Counted from the stretch's first letter, positions 16,042-26,157 are shown. The stretch is DNA of 32,000 nt from Erysipelotrichaceae bacterium MTC7 (GCA_001695645.1 LVZN01000001.1:60001-92000); one strand, 5' to 3'. Numbers and translations are program-made. The notes: generated by a model not told the origin, from the letters alone.

Positions 16042-18648
16042 TCATATTTTTTTAACCATTGTAATCAAGTTAGCTATTTCATAATCATCAATAATAATTT
16101 TAAATACTTTCTCAATTTTCCTAATAATTTTTGATATTATGCGATATTCATCACTATAAGACTTAATTATTTCATCACTTCTTGGATTCTTAGTTGTGCT
16201 ATTTCCTGATAACACTCTTTCAATTAACCCCGCTATATGAACAAATAAACCCAGTGCTTGGTCACCATCTAAATTATAAATAAGAGACAATTCCTCCACT
16301 ACCGATGGAAGCGTAGTTTTTAATTTTGTCATAGAAGTTTCTGTAAACTGTTCAGATAAATTCTTATAAACTAAACTATAATCTATATTCATTTCATTTA
16401 CTGGTTCAAACATTAATATACGGTCAACATTATTGCTAGGTACTTCAAAAATACTACTGATGGGGATGTAGGGGATACCAAATAACTTCGGATCATAAGT
16501 TCCCACAAATGCGTGAATATTATATGCTTTACGGATGTCTAAAATCTCTTTTATTAAAATATCACGATTAGATATTGCCAATGCAATTGTTTTCATGCCT
16601 AGTCGCGAATGGCTGTCAATGTAATTTTTTAGTTGTAAGGCGCCACCTTCTCCCGTATGACACAGTGTAACAATTGCCGTATTATGTAAATTTTGTTGTC
16701 TTTTTCTATTTTCATACTCCAGATTAACTGAATGATATACAGAATCTATATCACCTTCCATAGAACATTTTCTCGCTATATCTATCCCTAACAGTGTTAC
16801 TGGAACATTCATATAACGAATTTTAACATCAATCTCCTCGGATATTGCATCTACCATCGTTTTGATTGACCCCATATCATAAACTATGATAACTCCAGCA
16901 CCTTGATCTATCTTTAGTATAAGCGTTTTAATTTCTTCCACAGCTTGCTTAGATTGACTATCTAAAGTTAAATCATAACTATATGCATTGCTACACTGTG
17001 TTAATGAGTTTGTAACATCACTTAATGATTTCGCAGTACTATTTCCATGCATAATATATAGTAATACTGGTTTAATATCTTCATCATCTTTTTCAGATCC
17101 AATTAAAAATAATGCAATAATAACTACTTCTGCGATATCCAAATCTAAATTTAGTTCTTTTTTTAACATAGATACAAACTGCGATGCTGCAGTATATTCA
17201 TCTGGATAATTTTGAATTACTTCAACTATCTGATCATTGTTAATTCTTTGGCTTCCAATACTTTGTGACAATAATGAATTAGTATGTAAGCATAATCCAT
17301 AAAATATATTTGATTTTAATTTGACATTTTTCTCTTTTTCAAAATCATCTACTAATATTGTTACTAGTGAAATTATTCTTCTGTCCACAATTTTTGATAA
17401 ATGTTCTAAGTTTTTATTATCGTTCTCTATACTATAACTATATAAATCGAAAAATTTCTTGATATGCTTATTCATGACCTCTTCAATACTTTCAACTTTA
17501 ATTCCACGATTTGTCATTTCATCATATTGTGTTTTAATATCGCCATACATTGTCCCTAAGTGGTCAAGCGAGTATTCTGGATTTTTTCCATATATAAAAT
17601 ACTCTCGTACACCTAATAATTCTTCTAAAGATTCTCTATATTTTTTGGCTAATAATAGCCCTCTTTTTACATTAGCAGTAAAATCATTAATGCAAACGAA
17701 AATCTCTTTATCTGACTCTGTTACTACCCTTATATATGCATTGGCGCAAGAAGCCATTATTTCATCTCTTAATTCTTTTAGATTGAAAGCAAATTTCGTC
17801 AACAACAAGCCTTTAATTGACTCTGAAGTTACCTTAACATCTCGATTAGAATTTTGTGCTTCTGTTGCATAAAATCTATTAATTAATTCTAGCCGTTCCG
17901 AAAAGGGGCGATCACTTAATGGTGGCAGTTCGATAATGGCAGGTACTTTTCTTTCCACACCAGAACCTTTAGAAGTTACAGACAGTATTAAGTTCACATC
18001 ACTATAATCAACCAATTTATCATCATATTGTAAATAGTTGGTTTCCAAAAAGGAAAAAATTAATGCCTGCTGTTTTACATTTAACATATCAAATCCTTCT
18101 ATAAATAGTATTCCCCCTCGTGCCTTTTCAAAATAAGAATTATGATTACTTCCTAATCCAAATAGTTCATTATTTAAGGTAGATATATCTTTACTGTAGT
18201 GATGACAGTTGATTTCTTCAAATGGAGAATCTATCTGTAATATTTTACTTTCTACAGCAAATTGATAAACCAAAGACGCAAATGTTGATATACCGCTTCC
18301 ATGTTCTGCAGAGATTAAAATATTCAAGCTCCTTTGTGGATATAAAACAGCAGCTTTTGCTAATTGAATAGCATTTTTCAAACTTCCTTCATTACCTACT
18401 ATTTTAGAAAAACATGTACCTGTATTAATTTCTTCCTGTTTTTCGCAAATTCTATACTTAACAGGTCTAGTATTAGATTTTTCTAACTTCCCTTCCTTAA
18501 TTAACTCATTAAGAATTGTACTTACATTAGATTTCCTTATACCAAGAGCTTCGGCTATATCAGTCGTAATAACGCCATTGATAAACTTATTATCCGTATA
18601 CATTTTTTGAGTAATATAATCAAAAACTATTTCTTTTAATGGCTTCAT
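16042..18648 (-). CDS. LevR/ManR-type PRD-containing transcriptional regulator with a degenerate sigma54-EBP AAA+ domain
   Basis: 868 aa. N-terminal wHTH (DIAEALGIRKSNVSTILNELIKEGKL). The central region aligns with EBP AAA+ modules, but Walker A reads AEHGSGIS, no GAFTGA is present and Walker B reads LFIEGF. It is followed by a PRD, an EIIA-Man-like segment (LLYIMHGNSTAKS...VIIVYDMGS), an EIIB-Gat-like segment (AIVTLCHTGEGGALQLK) and a second PRD (LGLFVHIAGLIER). Confidence 0.8.
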   Translation of the reverse strand: MKPLKEIVFDYITQKMYTDNKFINGVITTDIAEALGIRKSNVSTILNELIKEGKLEKSNTRPVKYRICEKQEEINTGTCFSKIVGNEGSLKNAIQLAKAAVLYPQRSLNILISAEHGSGISTFASLVYQFAVESKILQIDSPFEEINCHHYSKDISTLNNELFGLGSNHNSYFEKARGGILFIEGFDMLNVKQQALIFSFLETNYLQYDDKLVDYSDVNLILSVTSKGSGVERKVPAIIELPPLSDRPFSERLELINRFYATEAQNSNRDVKVTSESIKGLLLTKFAFNLKELRDEIMASCANAYIRVVTESDKEIFVCINDFTANVKRGLLLAKKYRESLEELLGVREYFIYGKNPEYSLDHLGTMYGDIKTQYDEMTNRGIKVESIEEVMNKHIKKFFDLYSYSIENDNKNLEHLSKIVDRRIISLVTILVDDFEKEKNVKLKSNIFYGLCLHTNSLLSQSIGSQRINNDQIVEVIQNYPDEYTAASQFVSMLKKELNLDLDIAEVVIIALFLIGSEKDDEDIKPVLLYIMHGNSTAKSLSDVTNSLTQCSNAYSYDLTLDSQSKQAVEEIKTLILKIDQGAGVIIVYDMGSIKTMVDAISEEIDVKIRYMNVPVTLLGIDIARKCSMEGDIDSVYHSVNLEYENRKRQQNLHNTAIVTLCHTGEGGALQLKNYIDSHSRLGMKTIALAISNRDILIKEILDIRKAYNIHAFVGTYDPKLFGIPYIPISSIFEVPSNNVDRILMFEPVNEMNIDYSLVYKNLSEQFTETSMTKLKTTLPSVVEELSLIYNLDGDQALGLFVHIAGLIERVLSGNSTTKNPRSDEIIKSYSDEYRIISKIIRKIEKVFKIIIDDYEIANLITMVKKI

Positions 18649-18739
18649 ATAATCATCCTCCAGTTACATACTTTATACATTAATTATACTATATTCACTT
18701 TCGTTATCATATATTATCATCTAATTGATTATAATGGCT

Positions 18740-18747
18740 GACGTAGA
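18740..18747. repeat. target-site duplication, left copy (GACGTAGA)
   Basis: An identical 8-mer directly abuts both IS ends (18740-18747 and 20103-20110). Confidence 0.9.
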
Positions 18748-20102
18748 GGTAGTGTAAAATATCTTGTGTAAACTCCCGGAATTACCAATCCAGGAGAAAT
18801 AGTTAATATAGAAAAAGGGCGCCGTTCCTAGTAGAATTAATTGTGACTAAACAATATTCGAAAGGACGACTACCTATGAACAATTTTAGCACAGAAATCT
18901 ACAAGGCACTATCACAAGGTTTAAATATTGACCAAATCATTTGCAATGAACTGCAAGACCAGATCAATTACTTACTTAAAACGGAACTAACAGCTTTCCT
19001 TGACTATGATAAGCATGATGTACGTGGTTACAACTCTGGTAACTCTCGTAACGGATTTTACACTCGTGACCTTGAAACTAAATATGGAACTATCAAGGTG
19101 GAGGTACCTAGAAATCGTAATGGTGAGTTTAACCAACAAACCATTCAACCATATGCACGCAGAACTGATGATTTAGAAACTGCAATTCTTCATTTGTATT
19201 CTAAAGGTGTAACCACCGCGGAAATCGCTGATCTGATTGAGAAAATGTATGGTCATGCTTATTCGCCGGCAACAATTTCAAACATAACGATGGCGGTTGA
19301 AGAACATGTACAAGCCTTTCACTCAAGAAAACTGAACGAACGATATACCGTTGTTTATGGAGACGCCACAATGATTAATGTCAGACGCGATAGTGTTTCC
19401 AAAGAAGCGCTACATATATTAATTGGGATTACTCCTGAAGGTACTAAAGAGGTACTAGATTACCGACTATACCCTCAAGAATCAAGCGAAAACTATAAAG
19501 AAATGCTTGAAGACATTAAGCAACGTGGTACGCTAGAAATTCTTCTTTTCGTAACTGATGGTTTATCTGGACTAGCGAATGCTTGTTTAGATGTTTACCC
19601 AAAAGCAAAACATCAAGCTTGCTGGGTGCATATTCAACGAAGTGTTTCTAGAAACGTTTGTGCCAAAGACAAGAAAGAAGTTCTTGATGATTTAAAACCG
19701 GTATATAGAGCGAAAGATGAAGTTGAAGCACAAAATCATCTTGAAACGTTTAAAGATAAATACAAGAGTCGGTATCCAAAGGTGATTAAATCACTAACGG
19801 ATAATCAATCATTATTCAGTTTTTATGAATTCCCAGAAGCAATCAGAAGTAGTCTTTATACGACAAATCTCATTGAGGGGATGAATAAACAATTGAAGCG
19901 TAATACAAAACGTAAAGAACAATTTCCAAACGAAGACTCTCTTGATCGGTTTGTATGTGACTACATGATGGATTACAACAGACGGTTTTCCACACGAATC
20001 CATAAAGGGTTCGAAGTGGTACAAGCAGAGATTAATGAAATGTTTGATAAATGATACAATTAAATTCTACTGTGACGTTTACACAAAATTATTGACACTA
20101 CC
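18748..20102 (+). mobile_element. intact IS256-family insertion sequence (1355 bp)
   Basis: Left terminus GGTAGTGTAAAATATCTTGTGTAAAC (18748-18773). The reverse complement of the right terminus (20077-20102) is GGTAGTGTCAATAATTTTGTGTAAAC, which matches at 22 of 26 positions. One long transposase ORF and an 8-bp direct duplication, as expected for IS256. Confidence 0.95.
18876..20054 (+). CDS. IS256-family (Mutator-like) DDE transposase
   Basis: VVYGDATMINVRRD, LLFVTDGLSGL...KHQACWVHIQRSV and TTNLIEGMNKQLKRNTK match the D, D and E regions of IS256-type transposases. The track ORF begins at a GTG (18843). I prefer the in-frame ATG at 18876 (MNNFSTE). Confidence 0.9.
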   Translation: MNNFSTEIYKALSQGLNIDQIICNELQDQINYLLKTELTAFLDYDKHDVRGYNSGNSRNGFYTRDLETKYGTIKVEVPRNRNGEFNQQTIQPYARRTDDLETAILHLYSKGVTTAEIADLIEKMYGHAYSPATISNITMAVEEHVQAFHSRKLNERYTVVYGDATMINVRRDSVSKEALHILIGITPEGTKEVLDYRLYPQESSENYKEMLEDIKQRGTLEILLFVTDGLSGLANACLDVYPKAKHQACWVHIQRSVSRNVCAKDKKEVLDDLKPVYRAKDEVEAQNHLETFKDKYKSRYPKVIKSLTDNQSLFSFYEFPEAIRSSLYTTNLIEGMNKQLKRNTKRKEQFPNEDSLDRFVCDYMMDYNRRFSTRIHKGFEVVQAEINEMFDK

Positions 20103-20110
20103 GACGTAGA
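20103..20110. repeat. target-site duplication, right copy (GACGTAGA)
   Basis: See the left copy. Confidence 0.9.
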
Positions 20111-20169
20111 AATAATTAATACTATCTTACTAAAAATAAATTATTAATTATGCATACAAAAATATACAA

Positions 20170-21063
20170 CTATCTATAATATTTATCAATATGAACAAGT
20201 AAAGCACCCAAAAGATTAGAATCATTAGCATATTTACAAGGACTTATTTCTGGACAAACAACATGAAACATCTCCATTTTTTTAAATATTTTTTTTACTT
20301 CTTCATTGATTGTATTAATTAGTATAGGTTGTTGACTAACTCCACCACCAATAATTATCTTTTCTACATCAAATGCACATTGGAGATTATAAATAGCATT
20401 TGCCATATCCTTACAAAAGATGTTAAGTATTTTTATTTTTTCACTATCCTCATCAATATTTTCAAAAAATATCTTTCCTGTTACTGAGCTAGAATCTATG
20501 TTCTTTAACTTAGCATATTTATTTGTCAGTGCTTGATAACTATTGTGAGCAAACCAATACCGTGACCAGTCCTTATTCTTTGGATCTATCACAATGCTTG
20601 AAAATTCTCCTGAATTACAATGACTACCTTTATATATTTTCCCATTAATCAATATGCTTCCACCAATTGCAGTTCCAATAATAATCGATATTGCATTTTG
20701 TACACCTTCAAGATTTCCAAACCTATGTTCTCCAAGCAATGCACATTCGGCATCATTTGCAATTGTTACAGGGCAGTGAAACAATTCTTCAAATTCTTTT
20801 TGTAAAAATTCCTCTTTTATAAATTGATAGCTACCTCCATGATGTACATATCCAATTTCAGTATTTACTCGTCCAGCTAAACTAATTGCAACTCCACTTA
20901 TCTGTTGCTTGTATTGATTATATAAATTTAAAATAGTTTCAAAGAAGTTCTTTCTGGAATCTATTGGTGAACAAATCGCTTTTTTTTCTAGAAAATCAAA
21001 TTTTTCATTCATTAATGCATATTTAAGATTTGTTCCACCCATATCTAATACTAATATTATCAT
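20170..21063 (-). CDS. ROK-family sugar kinase (no HTH domain; candidate beta-glucoside kinase)
   Basis: 297 aa. N-terminal ATP-binding motif LVLDMGGTNLKYAL, and GTAIGGSILINGKIYKGSHCNSGEF. AGGAGG RBS. It is the last gene after two GH1 genes. Confidence 0.8.
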   Translation of the reverse strand: MIILVLDMGGTNLKYALMNEKFDFLEKKAICSPIDSRKNFFETILNLYNQYKQQISGVAISLAGRVNTEIGYVHHGGSYQFIKEEFLQKEFEELFHCPVTIANDAECALLGEHRFGNLEGVQNAISIIIGTAIGGSILINGKIYKGSHCNSGEFSSIVIDPKNKDWSRYWFAHNSYQALTNKYAKLKNIDSSSVTGKIFFENIDEDSEKIKILNIFCKDMANAIYNLQCAFDVEKIIIGGGVSQQPILINTINEEVKKIFKKMEMFHVVCPEISPCKYANDSNLLGALLVHIDKYYR

Positions 21064-21154
21064 AATATCCTCCTATTTTTCTCTCGTCTACTACATTATA
21101 TATTAAATATATTAATAGAAAATGAGCGAGATATGGTTTCTCGCCTTTTCTATA

Positions 21155-22633
<1,479 letters not shown>

Positions 22634-22646
22634 TTATTTTGAATTA

Positions 22647-24107
22647 TTAATCTAAATTTTTACCATTTGATTCAATTACTTTTTTATACCAATAAAAACT
22701 ATCCTTACGATATCGTTCGTAAGTTCCATTCCCATTGTCATCTATATCAACATAAATATATCCATATCGTTTTGAAATTTGTCCAGTTGATGCAGCAATT
22801 AAATCAATACATCCCCATGAATTATAGCCAATTAAATCGACCCCCTCACCACATGCTTCTATTACTTTCTGGATATGTGTTCTTAGATAATTAATACGAT
22901 AATCGTCATGAACAGTTCCATCATCATTTAATGTATCTCTTGCTCCTAAGCCATTCTCTACAATGAGTAAAGGTATTTGATAGCGATCATATATTTCATG
23001 TAGCGCATACTTTAACCCATCTGGATCCATTGTCCAACCCCATTCGCTCTTTTCTAAATATGGATTCTCTATCCCTGAGCTCATGTTCCCAGTTACTGAT
23101 AATTCACTTTTTTGAGCAGTTAGTGCACTTGAAGAATAATAAGAGAAAGCATAAAAATCTACTTTTCCTTCCCTTAATACCTTTTCGTCATCTAGGCTTA
23201 TTGCTAACTCAACATTATTTTCTTTCCAAATTCTTGAACTATATGTCGGATAGTTTCCTCGGACCATAACATCTCCACAATACCAGAAAATATCCTGCAT
23301 CTTCTTTTGCACAGCAAGTATATCTTTTGGGTTTGGTGTTAAAGGGTAAGTAATCATGCTACAAATCATACAACCAATTTTATATTCTGGATTAATTTGA
23401 TGAGCCATTTTCACTGCTTTTGCACTCGCCAATAATTGATGATGAACTCTTACAAATGCTGATGAAATATTATTTTCGATTCCTAATATTACTCCTTGGA
23501 GTATAATATCCACGTTAATTTCATTAAATGTAATCCAATACTTTACTAAGTCTTTGTATTCCTCAAAACATACTTTTGCAAATGCTAAAAATTCATCTAT
23601 TAATTTTTTATTTTTCCAACCGCCTAACTGTTCTTCAAAATAAACAGGCATATCATACTTAAACAATGTACAAATAGGTTCAATATTATATTTTTTTAAT
23701 TCCAATAATACAGAACGATAGAACTCTACTCCTTCCCAATTAATCCCTTTTTCTATTCCACATGGATAAATTCGAGCCCACGATATTGATAAATTTAATG
23801 ATTTAAATCCCATTTCCGCAAATAATAAAATATCTTCCTTATAATTATTATAGAAATCAATTCCATTACGATTTGAATAATATTCACCATCTACTTCTAT
23901 TCGCTTTGCATATTCTGGCATACCTAAACCAAAATTCCCAGCTATCCCATTTACACCTGTTTCTGTCACATAAGAAATTGTTCTCATTGAATCATTTGAT
24001 GCAACTGTTGCATAATCAATTTCCACAGGAGACTTTCCATCAACATTCCATGCTCCTTCACATTGAGCTGCACTAATTGAACCACCCCACAAAAAATTAG
24101 GTTTCAT
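22647..24107 (-). CDS. 6-phospho-beta-glycosidase, GH1 (paralogue 5)
   Basis: 486 aa. ITFNEINV, IVENGLG, AASTGQISKRYGYIYVD. By eye it is most similar to paralogue 3. Confidence 0.9.
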   Translation of the reverse strand: MKPNFLWGGSISAAQCEGAWNVDGKSPVEIDYATVASNDSMRTISYVTETGVNGIAGNFGLGMPEYAKRIEVDGEYYSNRNGIDFYNNYKEDILLFAEMGFKSLNLSISWARIYPCGIEKGINWEGVEFYRSVLLELKKYNIEPICTLFKYDMPVYFEEQLGGWKNKKLIDEFLAFAKVCFEEYKDLVKYWITFNEINVDIILQGVILGIENNISSAFVRVHHQLLASAKAVKMAHQINPEYKIGCMICSMITYPLTPNPKDILAVQKKMQDIFWYCGDVMVRGNYPTYSSRIWKENNVELAISLDDEKVLREGKVDFYAFSYYSSSALTAQKSELSVTGNMSSGIENPYLEKSEWGWTMDPDGLKYALHEIYDRYQIPLLIVENGLGARDTLNDDGTVHDDYRINYLRTHIQKVIEACGEGVDLIGYNSWGCIDLIAASTGQISKRYGYIYVDIDDNGNGTYERYRKDSFYWYKKVIESNGKNLD

Positions 24108-24226
24108 TTTTCCTCGCTTTCCGCATACGATAAAATGTACGCTACAATAAAATTATGATTTCATTATGATTTTAATATATATATGATTTTCAAGAAAGTC
24201 GCTTTCACCTTTTTTAATGTAGAAAT

Positions 24227-24250
24227 TCATACACTAAAGTATAGAGTTTT
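24227..24250. promoter_or_regulatory. candidate operator/UAS: inverted repeat ACACT-N7-AGAGT (shared motif, copy 3)
   Basis: Plus strand TCATACACTaaagtatAGAGTTTT, 37 nt upstream of a TTGAAA -35-like box. An inverted half-site AGTGTAT lies at 24307-24313, within the palindrome CCATATACTAGTGTATGG. Confidence 0.45.
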
Positions 24251-24394
24251 ATATCCACTATATAGTCCTTATCATAAACCTCAAAATTAATATCAATCCA
24301 TATACTAGTGTATGGAATTTTATATCAATTATGTATTTGTGTTCTAATAATCCAAATAGTTACTTCTTTTTGTATGTTCAAATTAATTTTTAGT

Positions 24395-24706
24395 AAAACT
24401 TCAGAAATTCCAAAATCATTAGTGATTAGTGTAAAAAATAAATAATGGGTGATGTCACTGAACTCAAGTACGGAAAGAAGAATAAAAAAAACTCTATTTA
24501 AGTGCATTTCTTGATTTGTATGATAGAAATCTCGTTGGCTACAAAATAAGTTAGCACAATGATAATCCCTTAGTACTTAATTCCTTTAATAAGGCAGTGG
24601 CTGTAAACAAAATGATCATCCTCTAGTACATACAAATGGTGATTATCAATATACTAGTACAGACTTTATAAAGCTTCTAGGATGACACATAGTATGTTTG
24701 TGAATA
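24395..24706 (+). pseudogene. IS3-family (IS150-like) orfB integrase-core remnant, heavily decayed
   Basis: Stitching frames gives W-V-(shift)-DVTELKYGKKNKK-(shift)-LYLSAFLDLYDRNLVGYKIS*HNDNPLVLNSFNKAVAVN-(shift)-NDHPLVHTNGDYQYTSTDFIKLLG-(shift)-MTHSMF. This follows the IS3 DDE-core pattern (TDVTEF...LYLS..D...R.IVGY, H.D.G.QYTS). The left boundary is approximate. Confidence 0.6.
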
Positions 24707-24707
24707 C

Positions 24708-24799
24708 GTCGCTCGTTTTGCGCCAGTTGCGTCGCGATAGTTTGAGCCACTTAAATCGCGATTAATTGCGCCACTCTCATCGCGATAAACTATGCCAGT
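24708..24799. repeat. four imperfect ~24-bp tandem direct repeats (IS21-type terminal transposase-binding repeats)
   Basis: TCGCTCGTTTTGCGCCAG / TCGCGATAGTTTGAGCCAC / TCGCGATTAATTGCGCCAC / TCGCGATAAACTATGCCAG, starting at 24708, 24731, 24755 and 24779. The stretch is locally GC-rich relative to its surroundings. Confidence 0.7.
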
Positions 24800-24810
24800 T
24801 ATTGTATTTA

Positions 24811-24849
24811 AAAACCAGTTACCACCTTATGATGATAACTGGTTTTTTT
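24811..24849. terminator. bidirectional hairpin terminator just after the istB stop
   Basis: AACCAGTTA...TAACTGGTT, a 9-bp stem flanked by an A-run and a T-run. Confidence 0.55.
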
Positions 24850-25215
24850 AAGCATTTCTCATGGATTTTCCATCAAGTATAATTTCATATGCATTTGGCG
24901 TAATTCTGTCTAGAACGGAATCTGCCAATATGTTTCCACCAAGTTGAGAATGCCACTCCTTGGGCTCAAGTTGTGAGCATACAATAGTTGACTTTGTTCC
25001 ATATCGATATTCAAGAAGCTGAAATAAGTAATTTACCTCCTTATCGATTAATTCGTTAATTAAAAAATCATCAAGGATTAATACATCATACTTTGCGTAT
25101 TTTTTGATTGCTTTACTTACTGTTCCTGTTAGTATTTTTTCTTGATTGCAATCATCAATGAATTCAAATATCCTACAATAAAATGTGGAATGGGAATTGT
25201 CGCAAGCATGGTTAC
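24848..25215 (-). pseudogene. IS21-family IstB helper ATPase, C-terminal ~120 codons only
   Basis: Reverse translation gives ACDNSHSTFYCRIFEFIDDCNQEKILTGTVSKAIKKYAKYDVLILDDFLINELIDKEVNYLFQLLEYRYGTKSTIVCSQLEPKEWHSQLGGNILADSVLDRITPNAYEIILDGKSMRNA*. This covers the Walker B LILDD and the IstB C-terminal pattern. In-frame stops upstream remove the Walker A part. Confidence 0.7.
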
Positions 25216-25630
25216 TTCATCATTCACTTACTTGGTTGTCATCTTAAAGCAAACACTTTTTCTTAAAAGCGTGAGAAAGAACCTATGAATAGATTAGCAA
25301 GAACATGATCTTGCAGTTTATGTTCTTGCTGATTTTTGATGTCAGTAAAACATAGAAACTCATTGCCTTTCATGTATACTCTAATCACATTATAAAGCTT
25401 AATAAAACGAGAAATTGGAAGGTCTTCAAGTGAAAATTTACACAGTTTTCATTGGAAATCAAACTTCCGCGAGAAATTCATTTTGATTATTAATTATTTT
25501 ATGGGAAATATGAAATACATTCATTACCTCTCCATTTAGCGCATACTCATTTTCGCTCAACTATTTAACCGTTTCTTCATATACTGTTTCCAATTGCTCA
25601 TAGTCTCCTTGATAAACATCAATAGCCACT

Positions 25631-25966
25631 TTAGTTTAAGATTGTATTTTCTGCATTTGTCTCTTTAGGAATAGAAGTTACCATAGGTTCCTTTTCATCG
25701 GTCTTTTTATTACTCCAGCAAACCGAATAAACATAGTCAGACAACTCTCTAACTTCTACCATTAATTTATAAACATAATCGTGTGATATATGTCCATAGT
25801 TTTCAATATAACTTGATTCCGCAATTACATCATAAAGTTTATTATGCTTTCTATATTCCCATGATGTATCTGTTAAATTCTCTAGAAGTAATTTCACTTT
25901 CTCAAGGTCTACATTTACATCTTCCAATGCTGACGCAACGTCAAATAATGAATCTAATTTTCTCAA
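25631..25966 (-). CDS. hypothetical protein (111 aa), TTG start
   Basis: ORF with GGAG 10 nt upstream of a TTG. I recognise no family motif. It lies between IS debris and guaA. Confidence 0.35.
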   Translation of the reverse strand: MRKLDSLFDVASALEDVNVDLEKVKLLLENLTDTSWEYRKHNKLYDVIAESSYIENYGHISHDYVYKLMVEVRELSDYVYSVCWSNKKTDEKEPMVTSIPKETNAENTILN

Positions 25967-26106
25967 TTTCAGTAATCTCCTTTCTATTTATACTTGAAGT
26001 TTAAAATAATCGGAGAGCAAAATATAGTCTTAAAATTGTGAATTTTATATTATATGATTTAATTTAGAGAAGAATAAACATCGACTAAAATTTAACAACT
26101 TATTAT

Positions 26107-26136
26107 CAAAAAAAGGACTCTTATAATAAGAATCCT
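26107..26136 (-). terminator. rho-independent terminator after guaA
   Basis: Minus strand AGGATTCTTA-tta-TAAGAGTCCT (one G-U pair) followed by TTTTTTTG. Confidence 0.8.
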
Positions 26137-26157
26137 CAAAATATTGGACTTCTATAT

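Larger units (their letters stand above)
24707..25215 (-). mobile_element. IS21-family remnant: 3' part of istB plus the multi-repeat terminus, inserted into the IS3 remnant
   Basis: The reverse strand encodes an IstB C-terminus, and ~24-bp terminal repeats follow it. The IS3 reading frame stops where the repeats begin (~24706). Confidence 0.6.

Noticed and set aside
18843-18875. GTG at 18843 as the transposase start (track ORF, 403 aa).
   Set aside because: An in-frame ATG at 18876 follows an AAAGGA purine-rich stretch, and the protein begins MNNFSTE from there. The extra 11 residues are not needed for any motif. Either start remains possible.
21126-21144. Short hairpin GCGAGA-tatggtt-TCTCGC between GH1 paralogue 4 and the ROK kinase gene, as a possible internal terminator.
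   Set aside because: The stem is only 6 bp and the T-tracts are weak and interrupted on either strand. It could modulate read-through, but the evidence is insufficient to annotate it.
24194-24207. cre-like sequence TGAAAGCGACTTTC (minus strand) abutting the -35-like box of the GH1-GH1-ROK operon.
   Set aside because: The left half matches the CcpA cre consensus (TGAAAGCG). The right half is displaced by one nucleotide relative to WTGNAANCGNWNNCW, so several consensus positions fail. It is a GAAAG-cga-CTTTC palindrome, but I cannot support calling it a cre.
24325-24507. 60-aa minus-strand ORF.
   Set aside because: It lies antisense to the decayed IS3-type orfB remnant and has no RBS. It is most likely a chance ORF.
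24708-24799. Tandem ~24-bp repeats considered as a possible mini CRISPR array or iteron set.
   Set aside because: The repeats are contiguous, with no spacers, and imperfect. They sit exactly where IS21-family terminal repeats are expected, just beyond istB. No cas or rep genes are nearby.
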